A stretch of 63,691 bases of DNA, counting the filler, from Hyphochytrium catenoides (lineage: Eukaryota; Protista; Hyphochytriomycota), in assembly GCA_900088475.1 (NCBI GenBank). It is 14 parts of 14 records of this genome, joined end to end, with 100 filler letters (N's around TTAATTAATTAA, not from the genome) between each part and the next. Parts side by side here need not be neighbours in the genome. Positions count along the whole stretch, not along the records: positions 1 to 3,463 come from FLMG01002291.1; positions 3,564 to 5,084 come from FLMG01003879.1; positions 5,185 to 7,207 come from FLMG01004576.1; positions 7,308 to 32,574 come from FLMG01004601.1; 10 more parts are not named here. The stretch is one strand, 5' to 3'. The position numbers were made by a program, and so were the translations under genes. Position 1 is the stretch's first letter. Each line of letters starts with the position of its first letter. A model generated the notes under the pieces. That model did not search any database, had not been told where the DNA came from, and saw only the letters and a program-made list of their open reading frames with translations. Below, piece after piece: positions 1-12,127 of the stretch.

Positions 1-640
1 GCGCTGGAGGAAAGACAAAGTCTCAGAATGGAGACTCTCTTATCTCCTTATATTAGCTATGGCTAAATGACGGTGAGACAGAGGATGACAGGTGAAAAAG
101 TCAAGTCAGTAGAAGGATGATGTCTTTCTCCTCCGGCACGGCGGGGAGAAAGATAGAAAGGAGAAGACGAGGAAGGAAGAGAAGTAGAAGAGGCGCGATA
201 TCGGCAAACTGAACCAGATCTCGTCGTCGGGAAACTCCTTTGAGCTGAGTGGCGTCTTAGGCTCCGTCGATGCAGGTAGTGAGGGACGAGCCAGAATCGG
301 AGAAAGAAGAAGAAGAAGAGAAGGGCCAGCAGCGGAAGGAGGACATGACGGTGAAGGAGGAGATAGAGAACTGCCGGTAGTCCGTCTGTCTACCCTCTTA
401 TTTTCTCAAGGCAAATAGACTCCAAGGCGAGGAAAACCAACAAGGCAACCAACGACCAAGAAACGAGAGGGGAAGATGATAAAGTTTCATGATGTTAATG
501 ATGGCGTTTCTTCTTACTAGTTCCCGGTTGTTTCTTCCTTGTCCGCCTCAGCCATTGTTCATAAATGGAGGTTCCTTTCCAGTGCAGAAAACCTGCCCTA
601 TGGCAACAAGGACCTCAGAAATTCTTTCTCATCCATCATG

Positions 641-690
<50 letters not shown>

Positions 691-1653
691 CTTCTCTCTC
701 TCCATTTGGGCTCATTCATTTCCTTCACCAGTACCTGCCGCCGCTGTGCGGCGGTTGGCTATCCGTTTTCTTCCTTGCTTTCCCGTTCGTTTGGTGCCTG
801 GATGGGGCAGACAGGACCGTGGTGAGGCGACATCCTCCGCTTTTGCAGCAGTTTCTGGTCGTTGCCCGTCCGTTTTAGTTTCTACGGAGTATCTTATATA
901 TCTTTCCTGTTGAATCTCCCTCATTGCTGCAGAGCAGAAGCTATTACTATTGAAAACTCCAGAGAATAACCTGTCTCTCTCTGTTCTCTCTCTCTCTCTT
1001 CTTTCTCTCGCTCACTCCTCTCTCTGCCGCTCACTCGCTCTTTCCACTATCTTTTCACAGTCCCTGCATGGCAGTTGACTGTTCGTTGCATGGTTTCTTC
1101 ATTCATTGGCTGGACAACACCCTCCCTTCCTGCTCCCCAAGCGAATGGGGGCGACAGTAACTTCTCCCTCACGAGAGACTGCCATGATCAGACCCGGGGA
1201 GAGAAAGATGATGGAGAAGAGAGAGAGACTAGAGAGAGAGAGAAAAGGTGAGGAGGGACAATACTGCAGGCGGTAGCAGCAGGAGCAACCAGAGAGTACA
1301 CGTAGAATTGCATAGCACGTGGACACTGACGACGACGATGACTGATTGGCTTGCGCATTTGCCATACCTCCTTCTCATCCGCCAGCATCCACGTAGCAGT
1401 GGACTTATCTTTGTCCGTTTCTCTTCTATGTTGTCCTGGCTTCTTTCGCTAACCCCCCTTCTCTCTTCTCTCTTTCTCCTTTTCCTTCGGTCTGTTCTCC
1501 TCTCTCCTTCTCTCTATTTATCTATTGCTGGTCTTGCTCTCCTTCCCCAACAAGTCTCTCTTTCCGTGCCTATCCTCATTTATTCTCTTTTGGCCCCTCT
1601 CCCATCTTCTTATGTTCGCTCCTCCTCTTTCTCTCTCTCTTTGCCTCTTAAAA

Positions 1654-1690
<37 letters not shown>

Positions 1691-2952
1691 CTGACACACT
1701 TCCTCATCTTGCCTCTGAGCCCTGGCACCTGCCGTCGTGCTCGCCCCTCGACTGTGAAACGGACGCGCTGATAGCGGACAACAGCCCGGACATATCGGCT
1801 ACCACGAGCACGTCTGCAAAAGCCCATTGTTTCATCCCTCTCCTGCAAAGTTGCCGCTTTTCTTTTATCCAGATCAAAGTAGGAAACAAGCTACTGCACT
1901 CAACCAATCAATGTTTCCATAAGGAAAGATTTCTTTACTTCGGGATCGGGTTTGTCCGTTTCGATCTTCAGCCGCTTCGCTAGTCGTGGGTTCAAAGATT
2001 CACTATGGAGGTAGGGGGACACTCTCCCTATCCACATCCTCCCCCCTTTCCCTTTCCAATAGGATGGTACATAGGGATGAACCCTTCATGAGGGAACCCC
2101 CCTAGGACCAGTGTTTAGGTTGCTGGGGGGAGTGGTGGTTGTCAGCAGTGATAACTAAGAAGAGTTGGTGGTAACCTCCGAGCCTGCAAGGTTGGCTTCT
2201 TCTCCTCCTCCCATTATCCTCTGCATCAGACCACTAAACAGATGTGAAACGCGAAGAGTCATGAGGACTAGACGAGAGGGAGAAAAGTAGAGAAAGAGAC
2301 AGAAGAGACATGCGGGCAGAGAGAAGCGGCAGTACTGTAGGGTGAAGAAAAGCTGGGCAAGAAGGAGAGAATGGAGAGGAAAGGATTGGTCCTTGTTCAA
2401 GTTACTTAGACTATGGACCAAGTTGAACCATTTGAGAACTCGAGAAGAGAAGGAGAGAAGAAGAATGGGGGAGAGAGGAGGCAGGGAGAGAACTGCGGTG
2501 CGTACGACACGGGAAGAGGGAGAAATCATTAGTGTGAAGCAAGGTCGTAGGGTATAAGGAGAGGGCGTAGCAGGAGAGGAGGGCGTAGCAGGAGAGCTCG
2601 GGGGCNNNNNNNNNNNNNNNNNNNNNNNNNNNNNNNNNNNNNNNNNNNNNNNNNNNNNNNNNNNNNNNNNNNNNNNNNNNNNNNNNNNNNNNCGTCTGAA
2701 AGATGAAAGAAAAAGGGGGAGAGCGAGAAGGGAGAGATGAGGGAAAGATAGCGGTGTTGAGGCTCCCTTGTTCTTCTTCCCGTCATGGTGGTCATGGGAA
2801 GAAGGTGTCTGCATATTGAACGTGATGAGGATGGGAAGGAATGAAAGTACAGGAGAGTAGGAAGTAGGATAAGAAGAGAAGTAAGGGGAGGCAAAGACAA
2901 TGCAGAAAGTTGGAGAGAAAGAGGGAGGACCGTAGAAGAAAACGAAACGAAA

Positions 2953-2985
<33 letters not shown>

Positions 2986-3112
2986 NNNNNNNNNNNNNNN
3001 NNNNNNNNNNGAGAGAGAGAGAGTCGCACCCTCTGCTGAGTCGTCTGCTCCCGTTACAAAATCTTCTTAGTAAGCAGGCATCCTTTTGTCAAAGACCTTG
3101 CGGCAGCCCTGG

Positions 3113-3145
<33 letters not shown>

Positions 3146-3463
3146 ATCTCTCTCTCATTCTTCCCTCATCTCGCTCTCGCTCCTTCTCTGCCAGAAAAGG
3201 ACTAGCAAGAGTGAAATATAAAGGGAAAAGGCCAAAAGACAGCAGCAGGGCAGAGCGGAGAATATTCAGCAGACGGCTTGTACCACACGACGAGCTGCGA
3301 CGACCGACTCACACAACAGAAGAAGCAAGAGTAGAAAGCGACGAGCAAAAGGCAAGCATGGAAAATAGCATAGAGCTAGCAAGGGAAGAGAGAGAAGCAA
3401 GACGAACAACGATGCCGTCGCGATCCTTTTCCTCTTCTTCTTCGTCTTGGTCGCGCGCGGCGA

Positions 3464-3563
3464 NNNNNNNNNNNNNNNNNNNNNNNNNNNNNNNNNNNNN
3501 NNNNNNNTTAATTAATTAANNNNNNNNNNNNNNNNNNNNNNNNNNNNNNNNNNNNNNNNNNNN
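3464..3563. other. Artificial scaffold-joining spacer (N44-TTAATTAATTAA-N44)
   Basis: Exactly 100 bp with a six-frame stop linker; identical structure occurs 13 times in the window. Confidence 0.97.
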
Positions 3564-3652
3564 CTGAAGTGGAGAGAAGGAAGGGATTAGCCAGGGATCG
3601 GCTGGGCCTGGGCTGCTTGCATGACCAAGAGAACGAAAGCCAGAAGGCTTAC

Positions 3653-4964
3653 CATTGCCTCATAATCCAAGCCAACTTCTGCCAGCACTTGCTCTACGAT
3701 CTGCTGCTCCTCTTCTTCCTCACCGTCAAACTAGGAAAAAAAGTTATGAAAGAGAGGATTAGACCAAGAACGCAAAGATAAGATATGAGCCCCTGACAGT
3801 AAAAGCCGACACCTCCGAGAGAGAGAGACACCAGGAGAGCGCGATAGAGAGAGAGAGACACCAGGAGAGCGCGATAGAGAGAGACACCAGGAGAGCGCGA
3901 TACAGAGAGACACCAGGAGAGCGCGATAGAGAGAGACACCAGGAGAGCGCGATACAGAGAGACACCAGGAGAGCGCGATACAGAGAGACACCAGGAGAGC
4001 GCGATAGAGAGAGAGACACCAGGAGAGCGCGATAGAGATAGACACCAGGAGACCGCGACAAATGGAGAAATTCTCCAAAGAGCAAAGATGCAGCGACGAC
4101 AGCTGAGCAAGGAAGATAGGCAAAGAAAGAGAAAGACTGTGGAAGTACCTCGTCGATGAGCGCATCATCCATCATGTCAAACTTCATCTGCATCATCTCT
4201 GACTGCTTCTGATACTCTGCCAGAGTCTTTGCCATCCCCGCCTGATCGAGCTGAGCGCCCATCGAGTTCATTACCTGGACGTAAGTCGAAGATGAACACA
4301 CGGGAGAGAGAGAATTAGATACAGAGAGAGAGGAGAACTTTCAAAGAGAGAGAGAGAGAGAGAAAAGGGAGGGTGCGTGGTATGGACAGGTTTTAAACCT
4401 GTGCCCCAGAATGAAGAGATTGGTTGAAGACACCACGAGGGAGAGCACAAAGAAAGAGAGGGAGAGAGAGAGAGCACCGAGAAAGAGANNNNNNNNNNNN
4501 NNNNNNNNNNNNNNNNNNNNNNNNNNNNNGAGGGGGAGAGAGAGAGACAGAGAGAGAAGAAAGAGAGAGAGGGAGGTAGGGAGAGACAGAGAGAGAGAAA
4601 GGCGCCGCACAAAAAGTAGTGCAGCCTGAGCATCACCACGTCAGTGCTCAGAGGCACGGGCTTGAGATAGTTGAAGAGCTACAAGGGCAAGAGCAAGGAG
4701 AAAGGGTCTCGTCGTAGAAGAGAGATCGCTCATACCTTCGTCGTCTTCTCAAGGGTCGAGGCCATGGCAACTTGACTGGCCACCGTCTAGATGTGGATCG
4801 CAGGGGGTTGAGAGGAAGGAAGGAACGAGATAAGCAAGAGACAAGAGAGATTGAGACAGAGAAAACAGGCAGCCGAGCGCTAAACGACAGAGACAAGAGG
4901 ACGCGCACCAGGACAGAGATTGTAATAGGAAGTGTCACGCTAGAGGGGAGAGACACTGAGAAGG

Positions 4965-5003
<39 letters not shown>

Positions 5004-5084
5004 GAAGGAAGCTCGATACAGGACAGAATAGCTGCTCCAAGCTCGGCTTACCGTTGCTTGCATGCCAACAGCTCCAATCTGTGC
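3653..5084 (-). CDS. CHMP2: ESCRT-III subunit CHMP2/Vps2 (CHMP2B-like), partial, spliced
   Basis: Four GT-AG-joined exons give AQIGAVGMQAT|TVASQVAMASTLEKTTK|VMNSMGAQLDQAGMAKTLAEYQKQSEMMQMKFDMMDDALIDE|FDGEEEEEQQIVEQVLAEVGLDYEAM, the Snf7-family Vps2 pattern; truncated by both scaffold ends. Confidence 0.88.
3818..4057. repeat. Intronic minisatellite, 9 copies of (GA)n-CACCAGGAGAGCGCGAT, unit 26-30 bp
   Basis: CACCAGGAGA starts at about 3829, 3859, 3885, 3911, 3937, 3963, 3989, 4017 and 4043. Confidence 0.95.
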
Positions 5085-5184
5085 NNNNNNNNNNNNNNNN
5101 NNNNNNNNNNNNNNNNNNNNNNNNNNNNTTAATTAATTAANNNNNNNNNNNNNNNNNNNNNNNNNNNNNNNNNNNNNNNNNNNN
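5085..5184. other. Artificial scaffold-joining spacer
   Basis: N44-TTAATTAATTAA-N44. Confidence 0.97.
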
Positions 5185-6593
5185 CTGGCGACCTGGTGAC
5201 AAGCTGTCTCTCTCCTTCTGCGTCTTCGTCTCTCTCTTCTTCTCCTCCGCTTCAGGATCAGAGGAGGAGGAGCAGCGGCCCAGCCACGGAGAAGACGAAG
5301 AATGGGTCGGGAAAGTTGGATGGCGCGTCTCTTCCCGCAAATTATCTGATCTAGGAAGAGAGAGAGAGAGAGAGAAAGAGAAGAGAGAGGAGACGATGCT
5401 TGATGCAGGACGACCAATGTAGAGCTTTAATAGCATTAACAAGTCAACTCTGTATAAGTACAGTGCGTGAGAGAGAGAGAAGAAAGAGAAAGATAAGAGT
5501 CAAAGCGAGAGGATGCCCTGTCGCATGCCAGAGCCTTCTTCTTCTCTTTCAACGCTGCTGAAGTATGGGAGAGAGGACATGAGGAGAGGAGAAAGAGAAA
5601 GGAAAGAGAGAGAGGACATGGAAGTGAGAGGAAGAAAGAAAGGCACCGGAGAGGAGAAACTGAGTGATGAGAAGTGGTGACAATGGAAAGGAAATCTGGA
5701 AAGTAAAGGCGACGGAGATGTGAAGATAGGAGAAAGAACTGCGAGGCTGGCTTGGGAGTAGAGGAGAGAGAGAGAGCGAGAGAGAGAGGGGGAGAGAGGG
5801 ANNNNNNNNNNNNNNNNNNNNNNNNNNNNNNNNNNNNNNAGAGAGAGAGAGAGAGAGAACGATACTCGATCTTCATCATGAAGGTCAGAGATCCCCCCGG
5901 AGCAAGGAATGTGCATAGTGACAAGTGTGTCCTTTCGTTTTTTCCTCGTCCTTGCTCTTTCTTCTCTCTCGTTTTCTCTCTCTCTGTCTCTCTCTCTCTC
6001 TCTGTCTCTCTCTCTCTCCTGTCTCCGCCTTCTCTCTCCTCGCTCCCTCGAACTAGTCCTCGGTGCTCTCTCCTTCCTTCTCCTTCAGGTCTCGTCCTCT
6101 TCTTCTCCCTTCCTACCTTCCCAGGGCCTAAGGTAATGTCTGTCCTAGACTGTTGTCTCTCTCTATGATCTCTCTCTCGCTGCCTTTCCACTTCTCTCTC
6201 TCTCTCTCTCTCTCGCTCTCTCTCTCTCCTGTCTCCGTCTGACCGTGTCCACAGCCAAGCCCGCATTCTCTCTTGGTCCCTATCGGCAGAATTGCCCTTC
6301 TACCTTCGTCACGCTTGTCATTTTTCCTCTCTCTTTCTCCCTCCTGTCGATGAGCTTTCGGTCTCACGCAAAGAGAGAGAGAAGCAGAGAGGAACAGCGC
6401 TCTCTCTCCCCCTTTCCGTCCTCTTTCATCTCTCTTTCTCCCTCTCTTGTGTGTCTCTTCTTATCCTCTCTCTCTCCCTCCCCCGCTCTGGAGCAAGATA
6501 GACGCCGATTGGAAGAATGACAACGGAGACTATTGGGCTCGTTACTCTTCCTCCTCAGCCTCCTCCATCGAAGGTCAGGGTTCTGCCTCCCTC

Positions 6594-6635
<42 letters not shown>

Positions 6636-6743
6636 GTTTCCTTCCCCCTCTCTATGTGGGCAAACTATAACTCTCAGCTGAGTGGAATAATGCGGAAGAC
6701 GAGAGAGGAAGATGAGGAAGGCCATAAAGGAAACGGGGGATGT

Positions 6744-6750
6744 ACACACA

Positions 6751-6822
<72 letters not shown>

Positions 6823-6833
6823 GAGAGAGAGAG
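6744..6833. repeat. Compound (AC)n(AG)n microsatellite, representative of dozens of CT/GA tracts
   Basis: Directly visible. Confidence 0.95.
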
Positions 6834-6931
6834 AGGACGGAACGGGAGAGAGAGTGTGAGAGAAACAGGAAAACGCCACTTGGTGAGAAGGTAATGAGCG
6901 ATAATCCTATATAAAGCTCCTCAGACGCTGA

Positions 6932-6972
<41 letters not shown>

Positions 6973-7207
6973 CTTATTCTGCAAGAGGCTGAGCCGAGAG
7001 GACAGTAGATCGCCAACTCTGTGTGAGAGGGAAGGGAGACATCGCAGTGGAGGCGAAGAGACATCCTCTCTTCGAGGTTTGCGACTTACTACTTCACTGA
7101 TAAGGGAACGAAGACGATGAAGAGAGAGAGGGAGGAAAAAGAAACAAGAGAGAGAGAGAGAGAGAGATACTACCTTTCTTCCTTTATTTCTCTTTCCTTT
7201 CCCTTCT

Positions 7208-7307
7208 NNNNNNNNNNNNNNNNNNNNNNNNNNNNNNNNNNNNNNNNNNNNTTAATTAATTAANNNNNNNNNNNNNNNNNNNNNNNNNNNNNNNNNNNNN
7301 NNNNNNN
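7208..7307. other. Artificial scaffold-joining spacer
   Basis: N44-TTAATTAATTAA-N44. Confidence 0.97.
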
Positions 7308-7852
7308 CTTGCTGTTCTTTGAACTTGTTACCCTTTGACTTCCAGATCAGAAGTATTCTAGGAGTGAGGAATTGTTATGTGGAGTTCAATTTCATTGTAG
7401 AAGTAACAGAGGAGTGGACTGCTCTTGTTTTGAACACAGTTTACTTTCAAGCACGTTCTACAGTAGTATCTCTCTTGTAGACTGTGGAGGCGGTAAAACG
7501 AGAGAGTCAAACGAACCCATCTAACGGTATCAAGAATGGGAGAAACTAAAGGCCAGGTTATCATGGGCATGTACGGTTAGGTCAGGAATCAGGCCGCAAA
7601 AGGTGAACTTTTTGACACAGCCACGCGGCAAAATCACCCTTCCAACCCAATGTCACTCAGTCGCCACACAACGACAAAGCTTCGTCCTGAGCGTGGTCAC
7701 ACAACATCATCGTCTTCTGAGGCATCTGAAGCGTACTTGGAAGCTCTCCTACATTAGCGAAGACCCATCTTTATAGGACCAAGCTAGAGCTGTAGGAAGC
7801 CTGCTCAAGTAAGCAGTCAATCGTACTAGACCAACACCATTCGCAAGGCAAA

Positions 7853-8234
7853 ATGGTAAAGACCAAAAGTTCCAACCTCAAAAGCAATGGAGTGCTTGCT
7901 AATCAGTCCATTGCCCTCCGTTGAAACTTGGTTATTGTATCTCATAGGCTCAGCCAGCTAGAATACGTCTTCGTAGTGCAAAGCATAACGCCAACATCAC
8001 CCAGAGAGGCAACGTGGAAGTGAATACCAGGGTAAGTGCATCGGACTTTGGCCTGATTGTGAAGCATTGGCGATCTCTTGTGAATGAGTTATGGGCTAAG
8101 AGAGTCTTCCACGAATGCTTCAGGAGAAGAAGGGGTACAAGATAGGTCCAGTTCTGCTGGGATTTTTCATCTTTGTAGTCATTGGTTCAGCGGTTCTTCA
8201 GATAATCAGACAAGCGACCTCTGGGGGCTTATAA
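7853..8234 (+). CDS. SERP1: Stress-associated ER protein SERP1/RAMP4
   Basis: Exons 7853-7855, 7948-8031 and 8124-8234 give MAQPARIRLRSAKHNANITQRGNVEVNTREKKGYKIGPVLLGFFIFVVIGSAVLQIIRQATSGGL*, with the RAMP4 signatures NITxRGNV and GPxLLGxFIFVVxGSA; absent from the ORF track. Confidence 0.93.
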
Positions 8235-8435
8235 GCGGTTAGAAAAAGGCGAGTCTCGTCATGAGAGCCTACTAGCATGTCGTGCCTAGATATACGCATA
8301 GGGCATCCCATCAAACCTTGTTTATGTCGTTGGGTTCGGATCTTCTATACTCTGTCACATAATGTAAGAAAGACCGACTAGCCTAGTTGTATAACAGGGC
8401 TCATAGCATAAACTACTGCTATCCACCGTCTTGAT

Positions 8436-9188
8436 CTACAGGTCTTTGTCACTCTCCTTAATTCGCTGAATGTAGTCACTCTTCTCTACGCAGCCATGGC
8501 AGTTGAGTCCACGGTCAGCCAAAATTGCCTTGAGTTGCTTCACTCTAAGCTTGCTATAGTCAGTGTCCTTGGTTACCTGTAGCGCTGTGGGTTTATATAA
8601 CGTCGATTAGTCTGGGAAGGTCAAAAGGCACATGAGGGCTTGAGGGTGAAACTTACGCTTTCTGACGCCGCAGACCTCACTACCAAGCTTCTCACAGGCT
8701 TTCTTCAGGTCTTCATCCTTCTTCCCTGCCTTCATGAGATTCATCGCCACGTCCTTGCTGATAGGCTGGATGTAATAGCACTGTAACCCCAGCCAATATG
8801 TAAGTTCCTTATTGAATGAGGCAAAAGTCAACGAATGCGGTAGCCCTTCAACTTACAAGCTTCTTGAAGTAGTCTTTCAAGTCCTTCTTAGGTTTTTGCG
8901 GATCCCCACAGAACTTATTAACGGCATCCTGATAGACCGAAACTATCTTTTGTTTGGGATTGCTCCTAAGCGTCTCCTTGGCGTCACTCCGGATCTGCTT
9001 GAATCCCTCTATGCACACTGCATGCGATATTGTGGTTAACCACCTTTCTCTTTCGTAACCAGACGACGATCCCTACCCTCGCATTGTTGCTCCGGAGCGG
9101 CGTCAGTTCTCCGCTTAGCTTCCAGTAGAGGCGAAAGCAGACCAATGATGACGGCCATAGCAAGAGCGATGATAGTTGAAGACCTCAT
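8436..9188 (-). CDS. MANF: MANF/ARMET-like ER-lumen protein (saposin-like plus SAP-like domain)
   Basis: Four exons: signal peptide [24 protein letters not shown], then CEVC...KFC...KKLCYYI...[15 protein letters not shown], and [34 protein letters not shown] ending in KDEL-like DKDL*. Confidence 0.88.
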
Positions 9189-9917
9189 GCTTTATCCCAG
9201 ATGCTGTGTGTTCTTGCAGAGTGTATCTGGTAGCCTGTTACCAAGAGAGAGCAGCCTCTGCGTTCGCACTTTCAGGTGGTGTTTCTGCGTCTGCTACGCG
9301 CCTTTCAAAGACAAGGGTCCGCCGTGAGCTTGCTATGTAGAGTCCACTAATAAAGAGCTCCTATCACATTTATCCTTTCATCTGCATCAGATACGCACCT
9401 GTGAAGCGCTATAAACTGTGGAGAGAGGGAAAGGCCGCAGCCGCTGAATCTACGTGGCAAACCGTGGGGAAGCATCCGCCCTAACCAGCCGCTAACGGCA
9501 ATACTTGTGAAGCTGTCAAATCTCGTGAATTGTACCAACTCAGAACTGTACGAACACCCGAGCTGAAGCGTTGAAGCTGCTTGCTCTTCTCTGCTTCTCT
9601 GTTGCTTCATTACTTCGCGAAATCTTCAGGAGTTTGCGTAATTGCTTTTGGGAAGCCAGCTCCGCTTCTCCGAAATCCGAATAAGCTTTTGGTTTATAGA
9701 CAGGCGAGGCGTGTAGAGCCCGGGGGATATGAGAAACATCCTTTGAGGAGCTCTTTGAGGCAGGACATTTTTCATTACCAAGGGCATCAGTCTTCAATTT
9801 CTTCGTTACGCAATTAGTGTCAGTTTAGAGCTTCATATACTCATAACGCAAGCAGAGGCGGAAGAAAGTTCCAAGGACTAGCCAAAGAATAACATATTGA
9901 GGTACACGTCTGGAACG

Positions 9918-12127
9918 ATGTCACTTCAGCTTGGAGGTCGAGAACATCAGCCGGAAGAGGTCTCTATTAAGCAAGTAAAGGAAAAATTACGTAAGCCAGA
10001 GAGACTTCCGTCCTTCGGGAACCAAGGTCAAGTTCCTTAAACATTTACTCTGTCAGTGAAAGTCCTCGAGACCCAGCTGATCGATCAGGACCAGATCCAG
10101 AGGAAACGAGCGTCGCTTGAACAAGTCCAAGATGCCATTAAAGAATGGGAGGCAAGAGCTAATAGTCTTAACTCCTTACAAGAGTGAACAGGTCATGAGG
10201 CTTACACAAGCTTTGACTACCATTTGCAGCAAAATCTGGAGTCTGAGGCCCAGCAAGTGAAGTCCAAGCAAAAAGAACTTCAGCGGGTTCAGACTGAGCT
10301 CTCTCACCTAACCGACTGCTTGAAAAGTATGGGATACCTCGATAGACAACTACTTGCTATGGAGACTGACACTCTCCAACCTATGCACCTTCCGCAGTTC
10401 TGCAAGTCAAGCAAGCTAACTTGCGGCAAATAGGGCAGGCACTGCAGAAAAATGAGAGCGTATTAAAAGTTCGTTACCAACAAATAACACAACAGCACAA
10501 CGCGGTCTTTCAGGAGATGTGTGATCTTAGGAAGGCCTTCGATGAAATAATCGCCAAAAAGAAGGGCATCGAAGCTCTTAAAACGCAATGTAACCCTGCT
10601 ACCGTAGTCCTTAGCCAATGTTCCCCTCTGACAAGTGTTACTTATTATCTCGACTACCGGAACAGTCTCCACACGGCAGACGCAGGCGGCCCTTTTACTT
10701 GAGGAAGAAAGAAAAAACGAAGGTGAAATCTTGCAGAATATCGACGCAGCCAGGCTTAAAGAGAAAAACATCCACGTCGAGGCTCTCGAGCTTGGTAATA
10801 GGCTTCAACACAGCGACAGGGATTGTCAAAGACTGCGAGACAGAGTACTGGAGGCGCAAGAGAAAGCAGAAAGCATTATAAAAAGCTGCCAAGACCTCTC
10901 TAAAGTTGCAAAACAGGCGAAGGTCCATAATGAGAAGAAGCTAGGTGATATTGACACTTAGGCCAACTTGACTTGAATACATTCGGAGTGTAGTCCGCTG
11001 AGCCATACAAATTCAGGTGAGGCCAGAGAGCGTGTTCTAATGGCGTCTGCAGAACGCATTTCCAGGATGCAGCAGATTGATGAGGCTGAAAAGGACCTTG
11101 ATGATGCCCAGAGGCAGCTTGGGAACCTGAGGTTGGGTAAGGGGCTCTACCATCACATGGCCTTCCACGTCCTGACGACCCTATCGACCTCAGAGCGCCA
11201 GAGGCAGGACGAGAAGGGTCGCCTGATCCAAGCCCAGTAAGCGGCAAAGAAGTATATCACAGCACCCGCACTAACCTTAGAACCGTACCAGGCTGGAAAG
11301 TCAAAAAGTGGGCTTCACGAACTTACAACAGAGGTTTACAGAAAGTCCATGCCTTTCAGGGTGCCCCAAGTTTATTTATGAGTTATCTCTGCAGTTTGTC
11401 AATCGCCCGGAAAGAAGCCCAACGTAGGCGCGAAGAGTTGCAAGCTATTGTTGATAAGCGTATAATGCTAGAAGGCCAGAGGGCAACGGCTGAAGATGTG
11501 CTTAATGCTGTGGCCGAAGACTTTGAACTCCAACGTGCCAGGGCTGATGCCGTGGACCAAACATTGAGGACCACAAGAAAAGAGTTGGAGGAGGTCTCCT
11601 GCTCCCGACACCTGGATCGCATACTGAGACTGAGTTTACTCTGCTTCACTCCACCAGGCTGTTCAAAGAATCACCGCCAAAGCTGCCGAGATGCAAAGAA
11701 ACCACTCAAGAGCTGGTTTTAGATCCCGAACGGTTCAGGTAATCACGAGCTTTGTGCCACGAGTTGGCGGCTCCGCTAGACCTGGCCTACTATTACCTCC
11801 ACACCTCTAGACCAAATCCTTGAACTGTGAGACATCAGTGAATACAGCAGCTAGCTTGGTGGATGAAGTCTCAGCTATTCGGGTAGGAAAAGCCGTCGAA
11901 TCTGCCTTGCAATGCTGAAATAACATTTTCTTCAGAATCTGCTCCGGATGCATCACAATCATCCAATAGCTCAGTATATCTCTGCCAGGGTTTCTGCCCG
12001 AGAGATAGAGATACAGAATGCCACCCAAGCCGAAATGATTGCGCTTCAACAGGACGTTGCCAATGTAGCGAAGCAGGCTGAAGAGGCGAAGATCACTAAA
12101 CCCGAAGCCCTAATTCCGACGAATTGA
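9918..12127 (+). CDS. Multi-exon long coiled-coil protein of unknown function; exon boundaries approximate
   Basis: Series of E/K/Q/R-rich heptad exons (ORFs at 10224, 10421, 10635, 11040, 11378) separated by short introns. Confidence 0.55.

Noticed and set aside
1-3463. Possible gene(s) on the first scaffold, and an 18-bp tandem duplication at 2561-2596
   Set aside because: No consistent exon chain or recognisable motif; the repeat abuts a gap and cannot be assessed
3694-4301. Repeat-protein ORFs (SRSPGVSL / ALLVSL / ALSWCL)
   Set aside because: Translations of the intronic minisatellite in three frames
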